Virus record (IMG/VR): IMGVR_UViG_3300021373_003070
DNA length: 64,000 nucleotides
Direction: 5' to 3' (one strand)
From: a virus
Position 1 is the stretch's first letter. Each line of letters begins with the position of its first letter. The position numbers and the translations under genes were made by a program. The notes under the pieces were generated by a model. That model was not told the DNA's origin. It made no database searches and saw only the letters and a program-made list of their open reading frames with translations. Below are positions 7,347 to 16,292 of the stretch, piece after piece.

Positions 7347-10300
7347 ATGACTGTGGTTGACTCGCCAAGAATGAATCCGCAGCACGGAACTGAGGCAATG
7401 GATTACCAACACTCGCTTTCGTTGTATTACCAGCGGGTGAATGAGTCTGCTGTGTTGGTTGCATATTGACTGGCACGACCATGGGTATGATCTGCTGTAC
7501 GGCCTCCTCATTCACATCACCCTTTAGCATGGGTAATGTACTCTCAACAGCACGCGCAATCAACTCCTCACCATCCTCTTTGATATTGGTAATGAAGGTA
7601 GATGCTCCTTCCTGTATGGTCTGAAGCATCTCTGTAATACCAGCCTCTTCGGCAGATTCGGTCACACGCTCAATCGTATTCGTAAAGAACGTCGAGATCG
7701 CAGAAGGACCAGCCTCAGTATCAACAATTGCTTGCCTCTCTTCTCTCTCTTCCTTCAGTAAGATCTCGTACTCATCATTATTCTCACGTCCAGTATTCAC
7801 CAAGTCCGCAATCCAATCACGATTCTTTTTGGTCTGTTCCAATTGTTTCAGTAAGGCCGCCAACAACTCCTCGGTCATGACTGCATTTAAATTGCCACCT
7901 CCGGCGTCAGTAAAGTCCACCACCTCACCGAGTGGAACCTCCTTGGCTCTCTCTAATTGCGCAATATTATAGTCGATATCAGGTAGAAAAGCCGCAAAAT
8001 TATTCGTTAAATCATTATTCAACTTCTGCATACCAGTGCCAATCAAATCCATGATCGGCTCCATCTTCTCTATCTGCTCGCCTTGTGTCATATCCTCATT
8101 GATAAAGGATTCAATACCATCCTGTGCCATCTCAGTCAGAGCAGGCAGTCCAGTCTTCAATGCCTCCTGATACTGCATATCAATATTATAGTTCTTCACA
8201 TGCTCCTGTACGACATCCACACCTTTTCCGATAACATCAGAGAGCAGTGCCATGCCTGTAGAGAAGTCCGGAAGGGTGAAGAGAGGCTCTGAAACACTCG
8301 ATTCCTCGTCAGAATTAATCAAATTAAAATCGGGGTCGTAATCGTTAGATTCCGTAGAGAGTTTTTCCTCAGAGGCAGGCTTAGGTGCTCCGTCCTGCGC
8401 CTCTTTCTTCTCCATCAGCTCAAACTCTCTCAGTATCCGCGTAGAATAGCCACGATCAACCGTTCTATCCTTACGCGCCTGAATCAGATCATCACGGGTC
8501 ATCATCTCGTAGCTGCCGTCTTTCAGCATCACATTAATTCGTGGCTCGTCAGATGTGGCCGTCTCAACGAGTGTTGGTTGCTCGAAGAGTGTGTCGAGAT
8601 AGGGGAATGGATCGGGATTACCCATGCGGATCATAGTGTCGCGGGCAAATTGAATCCTCGAGATCTCTTCTGGTGTGAAGTCATCTCGCATTGTGCCATC
8701 AGGGTTATTCACAATGACACCGCCGACCTTCTGCTGTTCTATCCTACCTTGATTAGGATCAGAGATAGCTGATCCTCTCTTTGGTGTCTGCTCAACCTGT
8801 CCGACCTTGAATCCGTTAACTGTTTTCTGTACTGGCTCTTTCTTCTTCTCAGCCATGGCATTGATAACGTTATTCGTAATGACCTGAAAGATTGAGTCAA
8901 CACCTTTTGTACCGAGGACACGACCTAATGCCACTGCCAATGGATCGCCGTACTCTTCGTTGTATTCTTTGTCGAGACGAGAGTATGTGTCCATGTCTGA
9001 TACATTATCTCTGAACCATGCTGCAATCTCTGCTGGTTTCTCTGCGAGGTCAAACATGCCTTCGCCAAGGAGATCGCCTAATGCTTCAATGTCCGATGAT
9101 CCTTCGTACTTCTCTTTGATTGCTTCCGGACTATCCATTGTTCCGAGGTCAATCTCTTTACCTGCTAGCTTCTTTCTCGCTGCCTCTGAGACTGACTCTT
9201 CGAAGAAGTTGTCGTAGATGGCGGTACCTAATGCTCCTGAGATGGCTGCCGTTCCTGCCACTGCGGCCACTGCACCAGCTGCTAATACGACTGGAGCTGC
9301 AACGGCGGCAACGGTGGCACCACCGGCCACACCTAATGCTGCTGCTACTGAACCCGCAATACCGGTACCGGCTGCGATGAGAGCAGTTGTGGCTCCAGTA
9401 TCGGCAATATTATTGACCAGACCTTGTGCACCATCCTCAACTGTCAGTTCTGTGAGTATGTCTGAGGCAAACTCGAGAGCTTCGCCTGTCTCCTCTTCTG
9501 GTTCTTCTTCATTCATCTCCTCGCCGGCTTGCGCCATTGAAGAACCGACGGTAATGGCCAGACCACTCGCGATCATACCGCCGAGGACTGCAAGGAAACC
9601 TTTTGCTGCCGTCTTCGCGTTGGCTATACCTCTCTCGAGTAGAACACCGGCTGTTGAGGTTGCCTTCTCTTCCACATCCTCTTCATCACGTCGTCTCTCA
9701 TTACCACGACGAGTTCGACCATTCTCGAGGATCGCACGTCGTAGTTCATCTCGTATCGTTCCGAGATTCTCATTGGTTGTATCGAGCTGACCTTGTAGGC
9801 CAATCACGTCAAATTTGAGTGCAGCCATCATGGCAAATAGCTGACCGATCTGAGGAATGGCGGCGCGGAAGGCTGTATCGGCTGACAATTGTAGTTCGGT
9901 CTCGCCATCCTCGGTAATGACAGAGGTGTCAATCGCGACGTTGTCTAGCAATGTGAGGTTGGCAATCTCGTAGTCACCACTCGATGGCAACATGTCTTGC
10001 ATGGCTGGAAGTGATGGCAGAGCGAGGGCAAGAGCCGATCCAACACTACTGAGGTCAATGGTGGGGTCGTCTTGTGGTGTAGGTCCATTATTACCAGCTG
10101 CTCGATTGGCTGCCTCACGTGCTGCTTCCTGAGCATTACGATTCTGTTCGGCTTCATCGCTTGCACCAAACAATGCACTGATTGCCGCCGTACCTAGACT
10201 ACCAAGAATACCAGCAACAAAGTTCTGTTTAAAGTTGCGTATCTTCGCGACCGCTGCTTTCTTACCAGCCTCAGCCATTCGGCCAGGTTTGGACTTGATG

Positions 10301-10350
10301 CGTTTGACCAGCTCATCGAGTTTCTTGACTGCGTATTTTTTTATACCCAT
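7345..10350 (-). CDS. putative tape measure / baseplate hub protein (gp29 position)
   Basis: 1001 aa, helical, Ala/Glu-rich with hydrophobic Ala/Gly stretches; directly downstream of gp26/gp51. Confidence 0.65.
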   Translation of the reverse strand: MGIKKYAVKKLDELVKRIKSKPGRMAEAGKKAAVAKIRNFKQNFVAGILGSLGTAAISALFGASDEAEQNRNAQEAAREAANRAAGNNGPTPQDDPTIDLSSVGSALALALPSLPAMQDMLPSSGDYEIANLTLLDNVAIDTSVITEDGETELQLSADTAFRAAIPQIGQLFAMMAALKFDVIGLQGQLDTTNENLGTIRDELRRAILENGRTRRGNERRRDEEDVEEKATSTAGVLLERGIANAKTAAKGFLAVLGGMIASGLAITVGSSMAQAGEEMNEEEPEEETGEALEFASDILTELTVEDGAQGLVNNIADTGATTALIAAGTGIAGSVAAALGVAGGATVAAVAAPVVLAAGAVAAVAGTAAISGALGTAIYDNFFEESVSEAARKKLAGKEIDLGTMDSPEAIKEKYEGSSDIEALGDLLGEGMFDLAEKPAEIAAWFRDNVSDMDTYSRLDKEYNEEYGDPLAVALGRVLGTKGVDSIFQVITNNVINAMAEKKKEPVQKTVNGFKVGQVEQTPKRGSAISDPNQGRIEQQKVGGVIVNNPDGTMRDDFTPEEISRIQFARDTMIRMGNPDPFPYLDTLFEQPTLVETATSDEPRINVMLKDGSYEMMTRDDLIQARKDRTVDRGYSTRILREFELMEKKEAQDGAPKPASEEKLSTESNDYDPDFNLINSDEESSVSEPLFTLPDFSTGMALLSDVIGKGVDVVQEHVKNYNIDMQYQEALKTGLPALTEMAQDGIESFINEDMTQGEQIEKMEPIMDLIGTGMQKLNNDLTNNFAAFLPDIDYNIAQLERAKEVPLGEVVDFTDAGGGNLNAVMTEELLAALLKQLEQTKKNRDWIADLVNTGRENNDEYEILLKEEREERQAIVDTEAGPSAISTFFTNTIERVTESAEEAGITEMLQTIQEGASTFITNIKEDGEELIARAVESTLPMLKGDVNEEAVQQIIPMVVPVNMQPTQQTHSPAGNTTKASVGNPLPQFRAADSFLASQPQS

Positions 10351-10559
10351 TAGAGTAGTGCCTCTACACTTTGTGCGTTCTGTCCCATCTTCGACTTATC
10401 TTTCTGTTCCTTTACCTTCGCTGCAAGCATATCGATATACAACTCCCTTTCGAAAGGAATCATGTTTTCTACTTCGGTAAGGCTGAATTTGTGATACTGA
10501 GTTATGTCGAAATTAATCTTATAATGAGCGTAGAGGTTAATATAACTCAGCCCAGCATA
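10350..10559 (-). CDS. gp51: gp51-like baseplate hub assembly frame (absent from the ORF track; no N-terminal start codon; probably reached by -1 frameshift from gp26)
   Basis: Manual translation YAGLSYINLYAHYKINFDITQYHKFSLTEVENMIPFERELYIDMLAAKVKEQ...EALL*; stop overlaps the ATG of the next gene. Confidence 0.8.
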   Translation of the reverse strand, partial: YAGLSYINLYAHYKINFDITQYHKFSLTEVENMIPFERELYIDMLAAKVKEQKDKSKMGQNAQSVEALL

Positions 10560-11257
10560 AAAAAATCGTTTAGACTCCTGAACACAACCTTCTTTTTCTT
10601 ACCGTTACTATTCTCATATTCTACAACATGTTCAATACGTGGACTCGTCTGAAAGAAAGCCGCGATGTTATTATAGGCTTCCAATGGTAGCGAGTCTAAA
10701 AACGCTGCCTTGTCCTCTTCCGAATTGGCCGACCATTCATATGTGTCATCGTTGTCGAATACACACTCGATACAGTGCATGATGGTTTGATATATGATGT
10801 CGGTGAGGTTCGTCAGATCTTTTAATGAGTCTGCGATCGTTGGCGTTGGTGCATTCAGGATAACACCAAACTCATCGTCGATCATGATCTTATTGGTGTG
10901 GTTGTCGGGGAACGTGACTTCCACCTCGTCCAGATCACATTCGAGGGCATACTCAATACCATCTTCGCTATCTTCAACTGTGAACTTAACCACATTATTG
11001 ACACTGACAGCGCGCAGCTTGATAAAGAGATATTCGAGATCGTAGATTGGAACATCGTTGACGTTGAAGCCTTCGGTCAGTACACAGTTCTGTACGACCT
11101 GCTTAATGGCTGCATAAACATCGGCATGTTCTTTGGATTCTTTGGCGACCAGCAACACTTTCTCTTCTTTGACAAGAAAAGGTCGTATAATGAGGTCGTT
11201 CTTTGTTGAGGGTTGTACAACCGAGAATGTCGGTGTTTGTACTTGTGGTAGTGCCAT
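10547..11257 (-). CDS. gp26: baseplate hub subunit gp26
   Basis: MALPQVQTPTF..IRPFLVKEEKVLL..DLEYLFIKLRAVSV..FF.TSP.IEH..LNDFF. Confidence 0.9.
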   Translation of the reverse strand: MALPQVQTPTFSVVQPSTKNDLIIRPFLVKEEKVLLVAKESKEHADVYAAIKQVVQNCVLTEGFNVNDVPIYDLEYLFIKLRAVSVNNVVKFTVEDSEDGIEYALECDLDEVEVTFPDNHTNKIMIDDEFGVILNAPTPTIADSLKDLTNLTDIIYQTIMHCIECVFDNDDTYEWSANSEEDKAAFLDSLPLEAYNNIAAFFQTSPRIEHVVEYENSNGKKKKVVFRSLNDFFMLG

Positions 11258-11273
11258 GATTTACTCCAGTATA

Positions 11274-11810
11274 TTATAGTACTTCAAATCGCGTGAAACG
11301 ATAGCTTACAGATAGGCGGGCATACTCGTCGGTTCGATTCCAGTTGAGTTCGATAGGTTCGACGACAATTGGAAATGCCTCGAAGAGTTTAATTGTTTTA
11401 ACATTTTCGCCTTGACGATTGTAGACGTTGATGTCCATGTCGACTGCATAGCCGTCGGGTCCGAACATGTACTTGGCTCCAAAGTTCTGAAAGCCAATAC
11501 GATCGGTGATGAGGTTTGTCCACTCTGCAAGAAGCGTATAGGTCAACGCATTCTGATCAATGAGATGGGACATGGTGATTTCTTGTGGCAGGTAACGATA
11601 GGGTATATTGTACATGTTGCCTGAACCAAAAGGTGCAAAGTTGTCCACTGACATAAAGGCAACACCGGGCATCGTACATGACTCGGTTCGTATACGTAGT
11701 TCCTCTCCACCATTGACAGGAGCAGGTGGTTGTATAATTACCTCAAATGAATGTAGCGGCAGAGTACTGGTTGCCGAGGTTGCTTTCCATTCGTTGAGTT
11801 TAAGTGCCAT
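11274..11810 (-). CDS. gp54: baseplate tail-tube initiator (gp54-like, tube-protein fold)
   Basis: ESCTMPG..IPY..KLFEAFPIVVEPIELNW..LSVSYRF; position between gp2 and gp26. Confidence 0.7.
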   Translation of the reverse strand: MALKLNEWKATSATSTLPLHSFEVIIQPPAPVNGGEELRIRTESCTMPGVAFMSVDNFAPFGSGNMYNIPYRYLPQEITMSHLIDQNALTYTLLAEWTNLITDRIGFQNFGAKYMFGPDGYAVDMDINVYNRQGENVKTIKLFEAFPIVVEPIELNWNRTDEYARLSVSYRFTRFEVL

Positions 11811-11816
11811 GTGATT

Positions 11817-12416
11817 TTAACCCTGAATAATGTCTTTGCTATCTTTCCAGATACGTGATGTACGACCTTTCTTAAAGCGTTGTGTTGGTAACATAAGAGC
11901 GATATCCCATTCTTCATATGGTATCCAGAGAAATCGCGATCTACATTGATTCGTAAGATAACGCTTTACGGTCGGCTGAAAGTATTTATATCGAGCAACC
12001 GAGTTCAGCATCTGATACGAGACTTTTAGCTTCTTTGATTCCCGTAGTGTGTCATCCATCTCGATCGCATATAGTCGATCCATCAGTCGAGCACGATAGG
12101 TCGGTGGCAAATAGTGTAGGTTCATACCAAGGAATCCGTCGGTATACTTCTCAAGCACAAAGATCAGTGGAAAGGTATCGTAGTAGGGAAGCTTGTCTTT
12201 ATGCTTTGGATCGTACTGAAACATATACATACGGCCGACGTCAGCGGCAGTCATCTTCGTGGTGGTTCTCTCACGATTGTTCAGCTGCTTCGAGGGATTG
12301 ACCGTTTTGATATCCATTGCCGCATCACGATACCAGTCACGTGCATCTTCGGTACCTGATTTGAGACCGGCTGCCTTGCCTTTATTTGCAATCTGCTGAA
12401 AGATATATGTCGCCAT
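11817..12416 (-). CDS. gp2: DNA end protector gp2
   Basis: GRMYMFQYDPKHKDKLPYYDTFPLIF..GFLGMNLHYLPP..R..KRYL..LPTQRF. Confidence 0.93.
   Translation of the reverse strand: MATYIFQQIANKGKAAGLKSGTEDARDWYRDAAMDIKTVNPSKQLNNRERTTTKMTAADVGRMYMFQYDPKHKDKLPYYDTFPLIFVLEKYTDGFLGMNLHYLPPTYRARLMDRLYAIEMDDTLRESKKLKVSYQMLNSVARYKYFQPTVKRYLTNQCRSRFLWIPYEEWDIALMLPTQRFKKGRTSRIWKDSKDIIQG
11983..11990 (-). promoter_or_regulatory. candidate late promoter for gp54/gp26 operon (inside gene 2)
   Basis: TATAAATA on minus strand. Confidence 0.45.
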
Positions 12417-12859
12417 TAAAATTTAAGTCCTAATTCTTTCTCTGTAATAATAATAAATTCCCAACCACGATCGGCACAATAGTTACGTGCCTCTTTCCAT
12501 TTAGCGCTGTTGACACCCCACGTCTTCACCTCGTATAAATAACGTTTGGAAAGATTTTTTTGCGGAGTTGGTGCTACAGTCTCTTTGAATGGTTTAATTT
12601 CAACTACGACCGTATCTTGCTTTCCTTCGCGATTAATCTTCTTCACCCAAAAATCCGGAAAATAGCGATGCACGCGACCATCGATTGGTGAACGATAGGG
12701 TATGACTAATTCTTCACTTGCCCATAGTTGTACGTCAGGATGATCGTCGAGATATTTCATGAAGTATAATTCCCATCGACTTCTATAAATAATATTATGA
12801 GAGTCGCCTTTATACTTACTCGGATTTCGAGGTTTGAAAACACCCTTATAAGTCTTCAT
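12416..12859 (-). CDS. gp4: head completion nuclease gp4 (true start MKTYKG)
   Basis: YKG.FKPRNPSKYKGD..IIYRSRWE..WASEE..IPY..HRYFPDF..EIKP..N.AKW..A. Confidence 0.93.
   Translation of the reverse strand: MKTYKGVFKPRNPSKYKGDSHNIIYRSRWELYFMKYLDDHPDVQLWASEELVIPYRSPIDGRVHRYFPDFWVKKINREGKQDTVVVEIKPFKETVAPTPQKNLSKRYLYEVKTWGVNSAKWKEARNYCADRGWEFIIITEKELGLKF
12784..12791 (+). promoter_or_regulatory. late promoter for gp48 baseplate operon (inside gene 4, antisense)
   Basis: TATAAATA ~100 nt upstream of gp48 ATG. Confidence 0.6.
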
Positions 12860-12864
12860 ATGAC

Positions 12865-12872
12865 TATTTATA
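12865..12872 (-). promoter_or_regulatory. late promoter for gene 4 (leaderless geometry)
   Basis: TATAAATA-N5-ATG on minus strand. Confidence 0.75.
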
Positions 12873-12884
12873 GGAACCAGCCAC

Positions 12885-14147
12885 ATGGCCATAGATACAA
12901 AACTTAAAAACATCGGTGCTGCAGCCGCACAGCTTTCCAACGATCTCTCCTTTATAGAGAAGCAACAGCTGAATAATATTAAGAACGTTGGATCGGTCAC
13001 AGCCACGGCCGGTAAGTTGAACTCGGATGTGAGCTCAGCCATTAGTCGATTGACCTCAGCTCAGAAATCGGCAATGGACCTTGGCGCCGATCTGTCATCG
13101 AAGCTCGAAGGAAAGGGTGTGTTCGGAAAGAATACCACCAAACTTGTCTCATCGGCGATCTCCTCTTCGGTGAAGGATAAGATTCCACTCTCGCAGCAGT
13201 TTCCTCAGCTACCCGTTGATCTGTCTAATTACGAGAATCGATTACCATCCAGTCAGTTTAAGACGGCAGCCGAGAAGATTAAGAATACAAAAGAGGATAT
13301 CCTTGGTCGTTCGGATTTACGATTCGGTGGTATTACATATCCACCAGATCTGACAGCATTTGGTACTGGAGCCGCGGCATATGTCAAGCTACAGTTCTTT
13401 AAGTATACTCGATCCAATGCATTCAGTGCTGGCTCCATTGAAGACAAGGAATATGTTGAGTTACCGCTACCCGATAATCTGTCCACCTCATTCAATATCA
13501 AGTATCAGGAACGAGACACCGGCATCATGGGAGATCTGATGAACTCCGCCGCAGTCCAGTCTGGTATTACTGCCGCCGAGCAGACACAAGGCGGTGCCAT
13601 TACGAAGATGGCTGCAGCCATGTCGGCAATGGGTGGATCGATAACCAATCTCTCAGGTGGAGATGCAATGAAGGCAGCAGGTGAGACATTACAACGAGCA
13701 GGCTTTGCCGGTCTTGAATCGGCATCGGACGTTGCAGGTGGACTGGCCGGTCAGATCGTTGGCTCGATACCCAATCCACATCCAACCGTCTTCTTTAAAG
13801 GTATGGAACTACGACAGTTTCAGTGGAATTGGAAGTTCGTACCACGATCACAGGAAGAGGCGATCGCATTGGAAAAGGCATTGGCGATGATGAAGCAATT
13901 CATTCTGCCATCCAAGGGAGCCAATGGCGATAATACCTTCTTACAGTATCCCTACATGGTGCAACCACAGATCAAGGGTACGTATCCTAATATTTATGGT
14001 AAGTTTAAGAAAGCCCTCGTCTCCGGATTCACCATTAACTTCATGGGCGAAGGCACCTCCGCGTTCTACGTCGACGGATCACCAGTCTCAGTCATGTGTG
14101 CGATGAACTTTCAAGAAGTCGAAAACTATACCAGCGAGGACGTATAA
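12885..14147 (+). CDS. gp48: baseplate tail-tube cap gp48
   Basis: YP.D..LPLP..L...Y..NPH..FKGMELRQF.W.W.F.PRS.EEA..YP..DGSPV...F.E. Confidence 0.85.
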   Translation: MAIDTKLKNIGAAAAQLSNDLSFIEKQQLNNIKNVGSVTATAGKLNSDVSSAISRLTSAQKSAMDLGADLSSKLEGKGVFGKNTTKLVSSAISSSVKDKIPLSQQFPQLPVDLSNYENRLPSSQFKTAAEKIKNTKEDILGRSDLRFGGITYPPDLTAFGTGAAAYVKLQFFKYTRSNAFSAGSIEDKEYVELPLPDNLSTSFNIKYQERDTGIMGDLMNSAAVQSGITAAEQTQGGAITKMAAAMSAMGGSITNLSGGDAMKAAGETLQRAGFAGLESASDVAGGLAGQIVGSIPNPHPTVFFKGMELRQFQWNWKFVPRSQEEAIALEKALAMMKQFILPSKGANGDNTFLQYPYMVQPQIKGTYPNIYGKFKKALVSGFTINFMGEGTSAFYVDGSPVSVMCAMNFQEVENYTSEDV

Positions 14148-15019
14148 TGGCCAAGCATCATCAATACTTTCGAAAGTTTCCTCTCACCACATATAGAGGC
14201 ACACCCTGTACACAGATCCTTCGACGTGTAGGATTCAAACGAGAATTACAGAACTACTTCAACTCGTTCTATCAACACACTCTCGAAGACGGCCAAAAGA
14301 TCGAGGACATCTCACACGATCTCTATGGAGACGTCGATCTAGACTGGGTGGTGTATCATGCCAACGACATTATAGATCCCTACTACGACGTGCCTCTCGA
14401 TACTCTTAGCTTCGATACCTTTATTAAACAGAAGTATGGCTCAAGGGCAGCAGCAGAAGATCGAGTCTATGCCTATCGTAACAACTGGAGAGCGGATGCC
14501 ACTATTCTCTCAGTATCCGACTACGAAGCATTAGACGGAATAAAGAAGAGATTCTATGAACCCACGCTCGGAAACTTCGGTGTAACGCTCGGTTATAGCA
14601 GAAAAGAGGACGATGATCTGATCTCAACTAATCGAATTATAAGCATAGGCTTAATCGATGATTCTGAGACAGTGTTTTCCGTAGGGGACGTCATCTATAC
14701 ATCCTCAGGCACGGCAGCAGAGGCAACAGTGGTGGCAGTGGACGATGATACTCTGATTCTACAGCACATCGTAGGAGACTGGGAGCGAGGCAGCAACTTC
14801 AGCGTACGTAACAAGGACTCATCCATCACGAGGACAGTCGACGCTGAGACATACACACTCATTACTAACGTGATCGATCCTCTTCTGCAGATCTATTATA
14901 CTCAATACTCCACGTATCAGTTCGAAGCCGATGTGAACGAACGTAAGCGAGACATCTATATGCCCAACGAGAATCAGGTGTCTTCACTCAATAAACAACT
15001 CGATGATCTTATGAAATGA
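14147..15019 (+). CDS. gp53: baseplate wedge protein gp53 (with insertion)
   Basis: YFRKFP..Y..E.IS..LYG..LDWVVY..NDIIDPYYD.P...KYGS..NE.KR.I. Confidence 0.85.
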   Translation: MAKHHQYFRKFPLTTYRGTPCTQILRRVGFKRELQNYFNSFYQHTLEDGQKIEDISHDLYGDVDLDWVVYHANDIIDPYYDVPLDTLSFDTFIKQKYGSRAAAEDRVYAYRNNWRADATILSVSDYEALDGIKKRFYEPTLGNFGVTLGYSRKEDDDLISTNRIISIGLIDDSETVFSVGDVIYTSSGTAAEATVVAVDDDTLILQHIVGDWERGSNFSVRNKDSSITRTVDAETYTLITNVIDPLLQIYYTQYSTYQFEADVNERKRDIYMPNENQVSSLNKQLDDLMK

Positions 15020-16290
15020 CAGAACATGATGTAGGCACAACTCTCTTTCCTAACAAGGAGATTATGTTATACAGCTACGATAAATCCAAGAAGCTGAACA
15101 TATATCCTCAGGTCAAAGCGATTAATATCTTTGAATCATTAGAGAACTTCTCGATGGTCGCGGAGTTCTTTGTTGCCGATGGTATTGACTTGATGAATAA
15201 CTTTCCATTAGGCGGAGAAGAGGTGATTGAGCTGACGTTTCAGACACCAGAGAGACGCAGCGTCACCTATACCTTTTTGGTTGAGAGCATACAGGGTTTT
15301 CAGACGAACGAGATGGGTAATCTGAACTCTTATAAGTTACAGTGTGTGACGAAGGATTATCTGAAGAACGCTAGCACTGTCTTTACTCGCCGCTATCGAG
15401 ACATGAAGTATCACGAAGCGATCGCCGAATGTATTATGACCGATCTAGGTGGTGAAGTTCCGATGGCCACACTCGAAGATACGAAAGGTATGTTTGATTA
15501 TGTGGTGAATGGTAAGAGACCTTTTCAGGTGGTCGACCTCATTAAAGAACGAGCAGTCTCGAATGAACAGAATAAGAGCAGCACGTTTATGTTTTATCAG
15601 GATGTCGACGGCTATCACTTTACCACCATTGAGAAGTTAATCAAAGATCGCAAGCCCGGCGCGACTCAGAAAAAGTTCTTCTATGATGTCGCTAACAAAG
15701 CATCTCCCTATGACAAGGTGATTAACGTACGAAACATCTTGGCATTTAATCGTACTGAGTCCGGATCGAGTATCAATAAAGTATTCTCTGGCGCAGTACG
15801 TAATCAGTTTCGCGAATTCGATATCATGAAAGGCAGTTATTTTCTGATTGGCGAATATGTCAACTCAGCTGATCATACACAGTTCGAAGCAACCGATGAC
15901 AGTAATGACTTCAACTCCCCTGCCTATAATGGTGATGTCGAGGCATTGCCGTCCATTACTCGTATGGTAGTCAAAGATGGTCTACGACCTGAAATGGAAC
16001 ACAACAAGGCACTACACTATCAACGTGCATTCACAGAACGCATGAAGCAGTCAGGTGTGACGCTTAAATCATACGGCGATACAGATATTCGTGTTGGTGA
16101 TATTATCGAGCTGGACATTCCAGAGATCACCGGTACAACAGATGCTCCACCGACTGCCGGCATTTTCGCAAAGAATTACATTATTACGAGCATTAATCAT
16201 ACTCTCGAACAGAGATCCAACGGCGCATTCGAACATTTTATTATTATGCAGTGTGCTAAACCAAATCAATTCGGAAAGTCTTTAGGTTAA
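15016..16290 (+). CDS. baseplate hub protein (gp27-like)
   Basis: IFESL..P..GEE.I.L.F.T..P..FMFYQ..GYHF.TIE.L..GD....GDII.L..Y.IT.I.H; position between gp53 and gp5. Confidence 0.75.
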   Translation: MTEHDVGTTLFPNKEIMLYSYDKSKKLNIYPQVKAINIFESLENFSMVAEFFVADGIDLMNNFPLGGEEVIELTFQTPERRSVTYTFLVESIQGFQTNEMGNLNSYKLQCVTKDYLKNASTVFTRRYRDMKYHEAIAECIMTDLGGEVPMATLEDTKGMFDYVVNGKRPFQVVDLIKERAVSNEQNKSSTFMFYQDVDGYHFTTIEKLIKDRKPGATQKKFFYDVANKASPYDKVINVRNILAFNRTESGSSINKVFSGAVRNQFREFDIMKGSYFLIGEYVNSADHTQFEATDDSNDFNSPAYNGDVEALPSITRMVVKDGLRPEMEHNKALHYQRAFTERMKQSGVTLKSYGDTDIRVGDIIELDIPEITGTTDAPPTAGIFAKNYIITSINHTLEQRSNGAFEHFIIMQCAKPNQFGKSLG

Positions 16291-16292
16291 CT

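Noticed and set aside
12860-13042. N-terminal extension of gp4 given in the ORF track
   Set aside because: Overlaps gp48 antisense; homology and the late promoter point to ATG 12859.
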